Shown here piece after piece: positions 1 to 14,052 of a stretch of DNA of 64,000 bases (within the stretch, counting starts at the first letter, position 1; each line of letters starts with the position of its first letter). The stretch spans positions 29,946,001 through 30,010,000 of the forward strand of contig OZ024749.1 of assembly GCA_964016885.1 (NCBI GenBank), read 5' to 3'. Under the pieces are notes generated by a model. It worked only from the letters and a program-made list of their open reading frames with translations, had not been told where the DNA came from and made no database searches. Made by a program: the position numbers and the translations under genes. This DNA comes from Eledone cirrhosa (Eukaryota).

Positions 1-222
1 GTGTCATGGGTTCGATTCCTGGGTTGGGTTGCGTGTTGTGTTCTTGAGCATAACACTTCATATCACGTTGCCTCAGTATACTCAGCTGAAAATGAGTACC
101 AGCAATAACTGGATGTTTAACCCTGCGATGGACTGGCGTCTTGTGCTCTCAGTCGCTTCACGCCATGAAACCTGAATAAACACCGGCCTAACGAGCCTTC
201 TGGCTTAAGAGAGACTTTAGAC
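1..222 (+). mobile_element. tRNA-derived SINE, cut at the window edge
   Basis: B-box-like GGTTCGATTCC followed by SINE-body motifs (ttgtgttcttgagca..., cctgcgatggactggcgtc) and an ACTTT-type tail. Confidence 0.6.
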
Positions 223-811
223 TTCGAACAGAGAATATTCTCTGGAATATTCGATTGTTAGAAATTAACCATTTCCAATTAAAACCAAACCCAATCAATA
301 CCGAAAGGGTTAATCAGTAGGTCACTTTAATATATCCTCTCTAACATATGAACATATTTGACCAATTAATTAACCACGGGTTCAGGCTCTTATGCGAAAA
401 AATGTCAGAAATTGTAAAGGAGATACAAATGTAGATAAAAGAAATTGTAATGGTAAATGATCAAACCTCCTTTGAAGTGAAAATATTGAAGAATTGAAGA
501 AAATCATCTTTTGGACACGTCATGGTATAACGACTTTACAGCGACTACGATATAATAACGAATTAATCATAATCAATAGAAAGATTTATTATAAATTAAT
601 TTGTTGCAAAGTGTTGACCAGAATGTTTCTTTAGCCATTTAATTATTTATTAGAGCTGAAGATGAAAGAGGAAAATTATGATTTTCTTATTTCTTTGTGT
701 TGAATAAACGGATTAATACAGAACAGGTTTTTAAACGGAATAACGAGTCAATTTATTATTTAGATAATTTGTCACCATACAGACAGATAGATAGACAGAC
801 AGGCAGACAGC

Positions 812-863
<52 letters not shown>

Positions 864-864
<1 letters not shown>

Positions 865-1295
865 TTCTTTATTTGCCACAAGGGCGCACAAGAAAAGGGG
901 ACAATACAAGGACATATGCCGGGGATTTAATATACAATCGTGTAAAAAAAATGTTTGAAACAAACAAATTCAACAATCGAAATCCCCAATAGGGGGGGAA
1001 GCGTTACAAATGGGTTGTTTAATACCTCGTAGATAGAAAAACCCTCAACTCCAGGAGCGTGTTGTACAAGTGCTCCTTTTCTCCTTTTGCCTACAGGTTT
1101 ATATACAGAGAAGGGCCCAATCACTAGGGGCATTTTTGCTACATTCACCCACCTTTCATCAGTAAATTTACTGGGGTGCAGTGCCTCTCTCTCCACTCTG
1201 ATTCTCCTTCTAAAGTGGTACCTAAAGAAGGGAATCAATTGTTGTCCGGAGAGAAAGGCATCTGTCCTCAGTCCTCTCAATCTCGTCCACCATAT
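864..1295 (-). mobile_element. 5'-truncated Tx1/L1-clade LINE (ORF2 C-terminus and 3' UTR) ending in (TATC)n
   Basis: The minus-strand peptide WWTRLRGLRTDAFLSGQQLIPFFRYHFRRRIRVERE aligns by eye with WWTRLKGLRSGDFLSGHHLVYFFRYHFGRRIRMERE of ORF 26351-29506. Both share the 3' end gtggcaaataa...gaaat followed by (TATC)n. Confidence 0.85.
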
Positions 1296-1374
1296 AGAGA
1301 TAGTCAGACAAACAGACAGACAGATACACACACACGCACACACACAAACATATATATATTAATTATTATATAAA

Positions 1375-1553
1375 TTGGCAGTATCGGTAGAGGGTTGGAC
1401 ACCATGCTTTCTAGCATAGTTACGTCCCTTTACAGTTTGAGTTCAAATCCCACCGAGGTTAACTTTGCCTTTCATCCTTACGAGGTCGATAAAATAAAGT
1501 ACCAGTAATGTACTGGGTAATTGCTGGCCTTGTGCCTAAAGTAGAAACAATTA
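1375..1553 (+). mobile_element. tRNA-derived SINE (Meta-domain-like core)
   Basis: A/B-box-like head (tggcagtatcggtagag...gttcaaatcc) and core gcctttcatccttacgaggtcgataaaataaagtaccag, repeated many times in the window. Confidence 0.85.
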
Positions 1554-1625
1554 TTATATATATATATATATATGTTTATATATATATATATATATATATA
1601 TGTTTATATATATATATATATATAT

Positions 1626-2339
1626 ATTGGTAAAAGGAAAAGAAAATGCTGACAAATTGTTCCCAGTGAAAAATAGTTTAATTAGGAATAAGTAAAAATT
1701 AGTAATAGTATTGGTTAGTATTCAGTTTTGGTTTTAAGTTTTACCGGTTGCGCATTTCTAATGCTTTTCAAAAATAATTTTGAGATAGAGCGCCCGTGAT
1801 GTTTGCTCTAATCTGATTAGTTTTGGAAATTCTACCTGTTTTATGTAAAAAAAGTGGCTCCAGATGTATGAAAAAATTCTTGTGGTCAAAACACAATTTT
1901 GATTGGTCGGTAGAGGTCATGTGAATGTAAAAAATTGATTTTGCGCCAAATGTAGGTTTGTCTCGGCTGATTGAGAAGTCACTGAAAAATAAGTCTTTCA
2001 AGACAAATATGTGTGTGTGTGTAGTAGTAGTAAAGAGGTTCGTTGTTGTGATAATGGTCAGCAGGGATGTGTGTGCGAACCGCAGCCTGCTGACAGTTCA
2101 AATGCCTATTAAGACAAGTATGTGTGTGTGTGTGTGTGTGTACAGCAGAGTAATTCGTGGTAGAGGGCCGGTCAGTAGGAATGTGTCTGTACGTGTGTGG
2201 GGGATATTTTAACATGTTAAAAGATATTTTTCAGCTCTTGTCTTATACGGAGAAGTGTGTGTGTGTGTGTGTATATGTCTCTTCGTATGTTAATGTACGC
2301 GTGTGTATGTGTGTGTGTATATATATGTGTGTGTGTGTG

Positions 2340-2371
<32 letters not shown>

Positions 2372-3135
2372 AGAATGTGTGTGTGTGTGGGGGTGGACCA
2401 GTATTTTTGTGATACTGGTAAAAATGGTGTACATTATTCGATATTTTCAGTAAAAACGATTCTCTCAATAGAACATCAAAAATCTTAATAATAAAAGGTG
2501 TGAAATGATATATAGTATTGGCATAAGACCAAGGTGTGTGTGAGTGTCCAGATTGTACGTACAGATAATGCCACCCACACCCAGCGCATCAGCAAGGAAT
2601 CTCACTTTATTAACAAATACGGACCCCGTCTAAACACTTCTCCCTAAGACGAACCCACAACATACACACATCAACATACATACCTACATCAGCATACATC
2701 CTACATACATCTCTATCCACATATAAACACAATGACATACGTAAACACACATGTTCGATGGTGCAACACAAATATACACAAATTTGCATACCTTTTGATG
2801 TCTATAGATATAAACGTGCCGACACACACACATACATATACGTACACATGCATTGCACACTGATGGGCACATACATATTTGTACACAAGTATTCCAATAC
2901 GGCAAGGCCTAATGGATTCCCCTTGCAGTACGTACAATCTGGACACTCACACACCTTGGTCTTATGCCAATACTATATATCATTTCACACCTTTTATTAT
3001 TAAGGTTTTTGATGTTCTATTGAGAGAATTGTTTTTACTGAAAATATCGAATAATGTACACCATTTTTACCAGTATCACAAAAATACTGGTCCACCCACA
3101 CACACACACACATTCTCTCTCTCACACACACACAC

Positions 3136-3173
<38 letters not shown>

Positions 3174-3861
3174 ACGCGTACATTAACATAGAAAGAGACA
3201 TATACACACACACTTCTCCGTATAAGACAAGAGCTGAAAAATATCTTTTAACATGTTAAAATATCCCCCACACACGTACAGACACATTCCTACTGACCGA
3301 TCCCTCTACCACGAATTACTCTGCTACACACACACACACAGTTGTCTTAATAGGCATTTGAACTGTCAGCAGTCTGCGGTTCGCACACACACCCTGCTGA
3401 CCATTATCACAACAACGAACCTCTTTACTACTACTACTACTACACACACACACACACATATCTGTTTTGAAAGACTTATTTTTCAGTGACTTTTCAGTGA
3501 CTTTTCAGTGACTTCTCAATCAGCCGAGACAAATCTACATTTGGCGCAAAATCAATTTTTAACATTCACATGACCTCTACCGACCAATCAAAATTGTTTT
3601 GACCACGAATTTTTTCATACATCTGGAGCCACTTTTTTTACATAAAACAGGTAGAATTTCCAAAACTAATCAGATTAGAGCAAACATCACGGGCGCTCTA
3701 TCTCAAAATTATTTTTGAAAAGCATTAGAAATGCGTAACCGGTAAAACTTAAAACCAAAACTGAATACTAACCAATACTATTACTAATTTTTACTTATTC
3801 CTAATTAAACTATTTTTCACTGGGAACAATTTGTCAGCATTTTCTTTTCCTTTTACCAATA
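1626..3861. repeat. Long inverted repeat: arms ~1626-2562 and ~2928-3861
   Basis: Left start ttggtaaaaggaaaagaaaatgctgac is the reverse complement of right end gtcagcattttcttttccttttaccaa; the arms are colinear throughout with scattered differences. A partial third copy lies at ~61800-61960. Confidence 0.92.
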
Positions 3862-3894
3862 TATCATAACTCGTGTGTTACACCTCTATTCTTT

Positions 3895-3964
<70 letters not shown>

Positions 3965-4013
3965 GATAAGAGAGTATTGAAGCTTGCTTGAAGCATTGTG
4001 GAACAATAAGTAA

Positions 4014-4114
4014 ATATCTTTAAGTCGTTTGGAAGCCTCGACAATGCAAATGGGTGAATCACCCGGAGATTTACCCATTTGCATTGTCGAGGCTTCCGAA
4101 CGACTTAAAGATAT
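4014..4114. repeat. Near-perfect hairpin (47 bp arms, 7 nt loop)
   Basis: atatctttaagtcgtttggaagcctcgacaatgcaaatgggtgaatc pairs with gatttacccatttgcattgtcgaggcttccgaacgacttaaagatat. Confidence 0.9.
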
Positions 4115-4496
4115 ATATATATGTATATATATTAAAATAACAGATTAAAGTTTAAGCAAAGAATCACTGCTTTCACCCTTAACGGGATCTTCTGAATTAA
4201 TATATATATATGTTTATATATATATATATAATATGTAAAATCCAAATATGTTAGTATAGTATATCAATTTTATTATAGAAATGTCTTCTACAGGACTAGA
4301 TCTGTTTCAATGTTTCAATGAGATTCATCCTAATGCCTCGATTTACAACTGGTATCACTTTCACATTATCCTTTTACATTCTAAATAGTCTTGCCATCTC
4401 CATTTTCAATTCAGATTACTTGGTGATATTTTTTCAATGTTCTTATTCGCAATGTTTCTATCATTTCATATGGCCACGTTGTTATTCTTATTATTA

Positions 4497-5085
4497 GAGC
4501 GGTGATTAGACAGTATCGGTAGAGCGTCAGACACAATGCTTTGCAGCATAGAGTTTATGATCTGCCTTTATGATCTGAGTTCAAATCCCGCCGAGGTTAG
4601 CTTTGCCTTTCATCCTTACGGGGTCGATGAAATAAAGTACCAGTAATGGACTGGAGTAATTGCTGGTCTTGTGCCAAAAGTAGAAACGCTATTATTATTA
4701 TTATTATCATTATGGTCTGTGTTCAAATCCCGCCGAGGTTAGCTTTGCCTTTCATCCTTACGGGGTCGATAAAATATTTTACCAGTAATGCCCTGGTGTC
4801 GATTTCATCGACTTTCCCCTACCCCATCATTGCTGGCCTTGTGCCTATAGTGGAAATCATTATTAAGGGCGGTGTATTGGCAGTAACGGCAGAGTGTCGG
4901 ACAACATGGTCCGTGGCATAGAGTTACGGCCCTTCGCGTTCTCAGTTCAAATCCCGCCGAGGTTAGCTTTGCCAATTCATCCTTACGGGGTCGATAAAAT
5001 AAAGCATCAGTCATACACTTGGGTTGATTTATTCAACTTTCCCCTCCTCCAAATTGCTGCCCTTGTGTCTATAGTGGAAATCATC
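4497..5085 (+). mobile_element. Tandem cluster of three SINE copies
   Basis: Three successive gttcaaatcccgccgaggttagctttgcc...catccttacggggtcgat cores. Confidence 0.85.
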
Positions 5086-5559
5086 AATATTATTATTATT
5101 GTTGATATAATTATTTAATGATTTCTGTATACATACTGCTGACCTTAATTGCAGATTGACCTCCAGCAATGCTTCTATTTGTTAATATATATAGAACAAG
5201 TGAATGAAATGTGTTTAACCGAACAACCGAACAACCGAACAACCGAACAACAGAACATACATTGTTCGCTGATGAATCGACAATCATGTGGGTGTCATTG
5301 TATTATAACAAGCTGATTGACACCATATTTATAAGAGAACTGATACAAAAGGTTTATATATATATATATATATATATATCTATATATATATATCTATATG
5401 TATATATATATATATATATATATAAGGAGGCAATGGAAATTGTATTTATAAGGAGGTGATATAATAGGTATTTATGAGAAGGAGAGAGAGAGAGAAAGAG
5501 GGAGAGATAGATAGATAGAGAGCGGGGGGGGGGGGAGCTGATTCAATACACATGGTAAT

Positions 5560-6500
5560 TATAAGAGAAGTAAGGGTAAATCGTATCTATAAAGATGTGA
5601 AGTACATCGTATTTATAATACAGGTTAGAGCAAATCGTATTTATAATACAGGTGAGGGTAAATAGTATTTATAATACAGGTGAGGGTAAATAGTATTTAT
5701 AAGACAGGTGAGGGTAAATAGTATTTATAAGACAGGTGAGGGTAAATCGTATTTATAAAGATGTGAGGTAAATTGTATTTTTACGACAGGTGAAGGTAAA
5801 TCGTATTTGTAGATGTGAAGTAAATTTTATTTATAAGACAGGTGAGGGTAAATGGTATTTATAAGAGGTGAGGGTAAATCTTATTTATGAGGATATGAGG
5901 TAAATCATATTCATAAGACAGGTAAGGGTAAATCGTATTTATAATACAAGTGAGGTTAAATCGTATTTATAATACAGGTGAAGTAAATCGTATTTATAAT
6001 TCAGGTGAAGGGAAATCGCATTTATAAGGATGTGAGGTAATCGTATTTTTACGACAGGTAAGGGTAAATCATATATATAAGAATGTGAGGTAAATCCTAT
6101 TTATAAGGATGTGATGTAAAGTATTTATTTAAGGATGTGAGGTAAATCATATATATAAGGAGGTGAGGTAAATCCTATTTATAAGGATGTGATGTAAAGT
6201 ATTTATTTAAGGATGTGAGGTAAATCATATATATAAGGAGGTGAGGTAAATCCTATTTATAAGGATGTGATGTAAAGCATTTATTTAAGGATGTGAGGTA
6301 AATCATATATATAAGGAGGTGAGGTAAATCATTTATATAAGAATATGAGGTAACTCGTATTTATAGGGAGTTGAGGTAAATCATATATATATAAGGATGT
6401 GAGGTAAATCCTATTTATAAGGATGTGGGGCAAAATCCTATTTATAATGATGTAAGGCAAATAAATATTTATAAGAAGGCGAAACAAATGGTGTTTATAG
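5560..6500. repeat. Minisatellite, ~25-28 bp unit (GGTGAGGGTAAATCGTATTTATAAGACA-like)
   Basis: Roughly 35 adjacent degenerate tandem copies. Confidence 0.9.
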
Positions 6501-6950
6501 GAGAGGGATTAAAACCGTATTTGTAATAGGATTATACAAATAATTGATTCAAGACGACGAAATCGTAATCGGAAATATAGCAGAAATAGAGACAATTGAA
6601 TCAATTTACGCCCCTTAATACAATAAGAAACGTCACTCGTTTTCAAATGCTAATTGAGGATTTGAAGCTAAATTTTACAGATCTCATCACAGCTTCTGCG
6701 ATTTATCTTTTTCACTCAGCAATTTAAAGTTTTAATGCTGAAATTTAATTGTATATAAAAAAAAACAAATGACAGAAAATAAAAACTATATCTTATAACA
6801 GGATATTTTATTTTTCGTGACGATGATCGCTTTTGTTGATGTGTTTCAGTTAGTGAAGCCAAATGAAAATGGTTTATGGAGGGTTGTAATAAATCACAAC
6901 TTCCTAATAACTGAAGTGTCTTTCGTTTTCTTAGTGACAGATCTATTAAC

Positions 6951-7155
6951 GAAGAAGAAGAAGAAGAAGAAGAAGAAGAAGAAGAAGAAGAAGAAGAAGA
7001 AGCAGGAAGAGGAAGCGGAGGAGCAGAAGAAAAGAGAAAAAAACGAAGGCGGGGATGAGGGAGGAGGGAGGGGAAGAGAAGAAGGTGCTGGTGGTGGAGG
7101 AGGAGGAGTAGAGGGATGAGGAGGTGGAAGAGGAGAAGAAGAAGAAGAAGAAGAA
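6951..7155. repeat. (GAA)n / purine-rich microsatellite
   Basis: Directly visible gaagaagaa and gga runs. Confidence 0.95.
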
Positions 7156-7413
7156 AAGGGGACATGGGAAGATTTTGAAGCACGAAGTTCCCCGATTAGA
7201 AATGACAAAGAACTGACTTAAAAACAAATGAATTTGCTTAAAACATTCGATTTAATATAATTTATCATTATTAACTCACGAGAACAATTCAGAACAATTG
7301 TTTTTCTTCTGATGTACTTCTCAATAGAAGATTTCTAAACTAGAACAAAAAAATATGTAAGATTTTTCTTCGTGTGGTTGAATGTACGTACATACATACA
7401 CACATACATACAT

Positions 7414-7481
<68 letters not shown>

Positions 7482-7625
7482 TCATACACACTCGGAAAAA
7501 AGGCAATGCCCCAGCATGGCCCCAATTTAATGACAAAACCAGTGACAATAAATAAATAAAAGACTACCTATATCTTCTTTTTCGAATTTCATTCATAAAT
7601 GTTATTTTCTTTTTATATTTATCAG

Positions 7626-7749
7626 ATATATGGCTATATTACACCCACTGCAGTCGAAGTACCTGTGTACAATATCCCATGCAAGAATAGTTATTACAAT
7701 TGTCTGGTTCTTGTCTTTTGTACTGGCACTGCCCATCTTAAAAGGAAGG
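7626..7749 (+). CDS. Rhodopsin-family neuropeptide-type GPCR, internal exon (end of TM3, ICL2, TM4)
   Basis: cag|A TAT ATG GCT... reads (R)YMAILHPLQSKYLCTISHARIVITIVWFLSFVLALPILKGR|gtaagt. It has the ERY-type junction and the conserved TM4 W and P, and its phase-0 end joins 42426. Confidence 0.9.
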
Positions 7750-7825
7750 GTAAGTTATTTTCAACAATTAAATTTATGTGAATTTGTTTTATTTCTCCTT
7801 TGATTTCTCTGTATTATTACACATA

Positions 7826-8250
7826 GGGTGGTGGATTGGCAGTATCAGAAGAGGGCCGGACGCCATGCTTTGCAGCAGAGAGTTACGGCCCTTTACGGTC
7901 TTAGTTCAAATTCCGCTGAGGTTAACTTTGCCTTTCATGCTTCCAGGGTCGGTAAAATAAAGCACCAGTAAAGCACTAGGATGATTGCTGGTCTTGTGCC
8001 AAAAGTAGAAACAATTATTACTTCCTGGTAGGTGGATTGGCAGAATCGGTAGAGCGCCGGACACCATGCTTCGTGGCATAGTTACGACCGCTTGCGTTTT
8101 GAATTTGAATACCTTTGAGGTTGGCTTTGCCTTTCATCCTTACGGGGTCGATAAAGTAATGTACAAAGCATGCACTGGGGTCGATTTAATTGACTTTACC
8201 ATCCACCCCCCAAAAATTGTTGGCCATGTGCCTAAATCAGAAACCATTAT
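7826..8250 (+). mobile_element. Two tandem SINE copies
   Basis: Same head and core as the other SINE copies. Confidence 0.8.
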
Positions 8251-8629
8251 TAGTGCTTGGTTGGGGTTGGTTTGTAGAACCTTTACTAGAATTGGGATGT
8301 ATTTGACATCAATGATGGGGTCTAGTTTGTGATATCCTCAAAACAAAATCAAACACGACCTTCAAGAATATATCCCAATTCTCCGAGACCCCCCCCCCAA
8401 AAAAAAACCCCCGTTACAATTACTAGTATGGTTGTCTCTGACATTCTCATGCTGCAGCTGTCGTTATATGTACTTTATATAATAATCTGCAGCGACTGTA
8501 CCTTCATCGTGTAATGAGAGTTATTGATGAAGTCGTAGCAGCACTGTCCTGATATATTTTTGATATATTAAACCTGGTGGAGGAAATGCCCCTTAAGGTT
8601 GGAAAACAGCTAGTTTCTTTCAGAGAAAG

Positions 8630-8805
8630 AATAAGGCGAGAGGGAGTTGAGAAAGAGAGTACACTAGAGAAAGAATCGACCCAGTACTGAACTGGTATCT
8701 TATATATCGACTTGAAAATGATAAAAGAAAAAGTTGAACACGGCGGGATTTGAAATCATAGCGTAGAGTACCACAACAAATATTATGAGGCATTTTATCC
8801 AATGT
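8630..8805 (-). mobile_element. Diverged SINE copy
   Basis: Reverse complement of the core (ctggtatcttatatatcgac...cggcgggatttgaa). Confidence 0.6.
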
Positions 8806-8851
8806 TCTAATGACACGCACACGCACACGCACACACACACACACACACACA

Positions 8852-8895
<44 letters not shown>

Positions 8896-8977
8896 CATAT
8901 ATATATTTGATATATATTTATCCTTATCGAGCCCTCTTTGGATTTTAGTCTTGAAATTTATTATTATTAATTATATT

Positions 8978-9010
<33 letters not shown>

Positions 9011-9078
9011 ATCCTGGGTTCAATCGGGGGTAAGCACAGTAAGTAAGGTACTCAATACATAGCAGATAAATATTTGAT

Positions 9079-9148
9079 ATGGAAATGGCTTCTACAGGAC
9101 TAGAACTGTTTCCTTCGATGAAAGAGTTCTAGTCCTGTTCTAGAAACC

Positions 9149-9155
<7 letters not shown>
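9079..9155. repeat. Short hairpin / fold-back remnant
   Basis: gaaatggcttctacaggactagaact pairs with agttctagtcctgttctagaaaccatttc; a related sequence lies at ~4278-4310. Confidence 0.75.
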
Positions 9156-9228
<73 letters not shown>

Positions 9229-9234
9229 ATGTGT

Positions 9235-9266
<32 letters not shown>

Positions 9267-9613
9267 ATACATACAAACATATATATACATATATGCATAC
9301 TCACATACACACACATATATAGATATATGTATACATAACGACAAAATATAAACAGGCGTTGAATATAATTACGATATTTCAGGCAAAGTGTCAAAGTTTA
9401 TTTGAATTAAATAATTATTTTTGTTTCCAACAGAAATGGTATGCAAATTAGGTCAAACCAATTTACCCCCGTTCAAACTTGTCTATATGATAACTAATTA
9501 AAAGTTTGACCCATATTTTATTGAATATACAGTTGATTCTTGGCAGCGGTCAAACACGAGCTATGTATTTAAACTTCCATACTTCTCAAACTGAATCTAT
9601 CTATCTATCTATC

Positions 9614-9664
<51 letters not shown>

Positions 9665-10489
9665 AAACACTATGTACATTTCAGTGGCCATTTCACTGTT
9701 TGCTATAATACATTTTTAAGGAATTTCACCAGTCCAGCCTACTGTCATTTTAGTCAATAATAAATAACTCCATTCTCGCACCACCAACAAGACTCAACAT
9801 CGAAGATGGATGAGTTGAAAAACGTCGAGTGTTTTTCCTAATAATACATCACGGTTGACTATACGGAATGGCCATTCTATCCAGTGGTGAACCACGAAAC
9901 ATAAATGTATTGAGTACTCTGGTGCGTTATGGTCCATCTGGTTCCTTACCACAATTCCTTCGTCATATATATATATATATATATATTAATACAATAACAG
10001 AGATAGTTTAAAGCTAATCTCTGACTGGTAACCATCTCACTCAACAAACATTAGGTTATATTTTAATATAAACCCAATTTAAGTGTTTGGGGTGCTAACA
10101 ATATGTATTATGTGGAAAAGCCAGTTGTATTATTTTATGAGATATAATTAAAGTTAAAATATATATATATATGTATATATTAGGAAGTGAACAACACAAA
10201 ATATAACTACTCCATTACCAAAAGTTTTAACGGTAATAATATACCTCTGAATCATTCGTCAGACTGTTATAGATAAAATATATGAAATGAGATTTAAAAT
10301 CTGTTAAAAATTGGAAGTGAGGCTGGAAAAATAACAAGAAGATAAGAAAAGAAGGGTAAGAAAAATAATATATAAAAAATAAAAAAAATAAAATATATAG
10401 CAATATAGAAAAAGACATATGTGTACATACATATATACACACATACACACATTCAGATAAAAGGAACAAATATATATATACATACATAT

Positions 10490-10522
<33 letters not shown>

Positions 10523-10584
10523 CATAAACATACATGTAAACGGACATACATATACAAATACATATACACACTCACATATATCAG

Positions 10585-10626
<42 letters not shown>

Positions 10627-10858
10627 GTACATGCATATATACATATATATGTATATAAGGCACAGACACACGAGTCTGTAAAAACATACATATGCGAACA
10701 CACGCTCACATATATACACATATATATATGAAATGATACGAAGACGGCACACGCATAGTTATAAATGAATACAATCACATACGCACGCAACCACATATAT
10801 ATAAATAAGAAAAAAATATATACACACACACATACATACACAAATACATACATACACA

Positions 10859-10933
<75 letters not shown>

Positions 10934-10971
10934 GTAAAAATCAGTGAAATGAAAGATATTTTACTTATATA

Positions 10972-11160
10972 ACTGTTTCTACTTTTGGCACAAGGCCAGC
11001 AATTATTCCAGTATATTACTGGTACGTTATTTTATCGACCCCGTAAGGATGAAAGGCAAAGTTAACCTCGGCGGGATTTGAACTCAGAATGGAAAGGGCC
11101 GTAACTCTATGCATCAAAGCATGGCGTCCGACCCTCTACCGATACTGCCAATCAACAACC
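10972..11160 (-). mobile_element. SINE copy
   Basis: Reverse complement of the SINE head and core. Confidence 0.85.
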
Positions 11161-11331
11161 CCATCAGATATGCCATGGATGCTTATAAATTTTTCCATAC
11201 AAACATTTATCAACTTTCGTATATACATAAATATATGATATATATCACCTGTATATATATATATATATATATACACACAGTATATACAAGACATTATCAC
11301 ATACACGTATATATATCTATATATATGTATA

Positions 11332-11434
<103 letters not shown>

Positions 11435-11475
11435 CGAAACATAAGTCAATTGCATGAACTCATAATCCTTCATTT

Positions 11476-11531
11476 ACTGCTATATATATTTCGATGATAG
11501 TCATTGAGTGGCTATGACCTCATCAGGCAGT
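11476..11531 (-). ncRNA. Type I hammerhead ribozyme motif
   Basis: Minus strand reads ACTGC-CTGATGA-GGTCATAGCCActcaaTGACTATCATC-GAAA-TATATA-TA-GCAGT: 5 bp stem I, intact core, palindromic stem III. Confidence 0.8.
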
Positions 11532-11899
11532 TAGTCAGTTCTTAGATATGCCAGCTCTGTCTTTATAGTGTTGATGGTATCAGAGCCTTGGGACATATGA
11601 GCTTGTTAGGGATAATTTAATGTTGTCAGCAGGAATAATCTTAATTCTCATTGGTCAGTTTGTAGATGCTAGTAGGGTTGGTATTTGACCCCAAAGAGGC
11701 AGGTGGTGTTGTAAAGTTCAAACCGTCAGGCAAGATAACAATAGTTCTATATGACTGATTTTCACAAAAAGCATTCCTGGTCAGATATATATTCAATTGA
11801 GGTTTATAGTATGAAATTCGATACTACAGGTCATTCTTAAATTGAGGAAGTTATGTGGGGTGGTACTACTGAAAATTATATATATATATATATTCCACT

Positions 11900-12770
11900 A
11901 CAGGAATTGAAGATTCAAGACCATATCGGTATGTCGTATATTCAATCTTTTATATATTTTATCTGATGAAAACGTACTGAAACACCTTTGAAATATGTAT
12001 AATAAAATATTTACTTTGGTTATGATAATGTTTCTCATTTATTAATATTTTGAATAATATTATAGATACTCCAGAAAAATAACTGTTGAGTGCTTCTAAT
12101 ATATATATATAACCAAACGTTTATATGGTTAGTTGATTATTCAACGAATTCAATTTTACAATAGATTAGAAGCACTCGACAATTATTTATCTGGAGTATC
12201 TATAATATTATTCAAACTATTAATAAATGAGAAATATTATCATAACCAAAATATATATTTTATTATATATATATGTCAAAGGTACAATGTTGTTTCAGTA
12301 CGTTTTCCTCAGATAAAATATATAATCAGATAAAAAAATATATCCAATGCAAGCGGCATTCATTGATAAATAATAAGATTAATTTTTGAAATTTCTGTCT
12401 AGGTTCTGAATACAACGGTTTTTTTATCCTCTCATTTTCTTCCTCCCTTCTTTTTCCCTTCTTTTTTCTCTCCGCATCTTCCCTTCCAACTTCCCTTCTA
12501 TATTTCTTTGTTGCTTTACGTCTTCTTCTCTAAGTTTATCATATTATTTCTGGTATATAAATGTTGAGTGTTGGGGAAATAACTTAATACCACTACAGTG
12601 ATTGAAGGTTCAAGGCCTTAGGGGTATGTCGTATAACCAATCTCTTATATATTTTATCTGATGAAAACGTACTGAAACACCATTGTACCTTTGAAATAAG
12701 TTTAATAAAATATATACTTTGGTTATGGTAATATTTCTCATTTATTAATATTTTGGATAATATTATATAT
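11900..12770. repeat. Three copies (+,-,+) of a PLE pLTR-like unit, with hammerhead motifs at 11956-12008 (+), 12257-12319 (-, GAAA changed to GACA) and 12651-12711 (+)
   Basis: ATTTTAT-CTGATGA-AAACGTAC...GTACCTTT-GAAA-N6-TA-ATAAAAT. The downstream tactccag...aactgttgagtgct resembles the 3' end of the PLE at 20700-20735. Confidence 0.75.
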
Positions 12771-12774
12771 ATTG

Positions 12775-12952
12775 AATTGGCAGTATCGGTAGAGGGTTGG
12801 ACGCCATGCTTTGACGCATAGAGTTACGGCCCTTGCAATTCTGAGTTCAAATCCCGCCGAGGTTAACTTTGCCTTTCATCCTTATGGGGTCGATAAAATA
12901 AAGTACCAGTAATGTACTGGATAATTGCTGGCCTTGTGCCAAAAGTAGAAAC

Positions 12953-12955
<3 letters not shown>
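12775..12955 (+). mobile_element. SINE copy
   Basis: Complete head and core followed by a (TA)n tail. Confidence 0.88.
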
Positions 12956-13013
<58 letters not shown>

Positions 13014-13181
13014 TCTATATATATATATATATATATGAGCCCAAAATTAGCCGTCGAAACGGCTTGAGCTCAGCCGTCGGGGTCCTACTCGTTCCTATTA
13101 CCCACTCTACTACCCTAAGTATTGAGTACTTTGGTGCGTTATGGTCCACCTGGTTCCTTACCACATTTCCTTCGTTATATA

Positions 13182-13219
<38 letters not shown>

Positions 13220-14052
13220 CATATATATACACATACACACATGCACGCACATATATAATTACATATATATGTACACATAAAAATATATATAAAAATATAT
13301 GTGTTAGATGATTCCGAAGAGAAAGCAAAGGAAATAACGAGTGCTCTATGTATAGAACAGAGCATTAAAAATATATAAATAAATATAAAAATATATAAAT
13401 ATATTTTGTTGTTGAATGTATGTGATAAAGGCCCAAGGTGGTAAAATAAGCGTTGAATGTGTGATAAAGGTCCATAGTGTTTAAAGTAAGAAAGAGTACT
13501 CAAGGTGTAATATATGATAAGTGTTGAATGTGTGGAAAGGAGAGAGTGTTCAAGGTGGGTAAGTGTCCCAAATGGTGTTTTGATACCGAGAAAGGAGGTG
13601 AGTTCTTATATGTGGGCACATTTTAAATATCTCAGAATTAGAGTTAAGACAGGTGTTAGGAGATTTCAGATTCTGTAATATATATATATATATTTATTTA
13701 TTTATTAAAATAACAGATTAAAGTTTAAGATTCTTTGCTTAAACTTTAATCTGTTATTTTAATAAATATTTGCTCTACGGTTCTTATATATTTGATATAT
13801 ATATATTTATCCTTATCCAGCCCTCTTTGGATTTTAGTCTTCAAATATATTATTATTACTATATATATATACAATACATAAACAGAGAAAGCCTTAAGCG
13901 ATACTCCCACCAATTCCATCTCACTCAACAAACAATAGGATATACCTAAGTATTATCCCAATTTAGTGTTTGGGTGCTAACTAATCAGTATTTCGTGGAT
14001 AGTTTGTTGTATTATTTTATATGAGATATTATTAAATAAATATCCCTTTCCT

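Noticed and set aside
1375-1460. tRNA genes at the SINE heads
   Set aside because: A/B boxes are present but there is no full cloverleaf, and they are always fused to the SINE core.
5560-6500. CRISPR-like periodicity
   Set aside because: The units are adjacent with no unique spacers, there are no cas genes, and the context is eukaryotic.
6716-7227. Poly-Lys/Ser/Phe/Leu ORFs
   Set aside because: They are products of the (GAA)n repeat.
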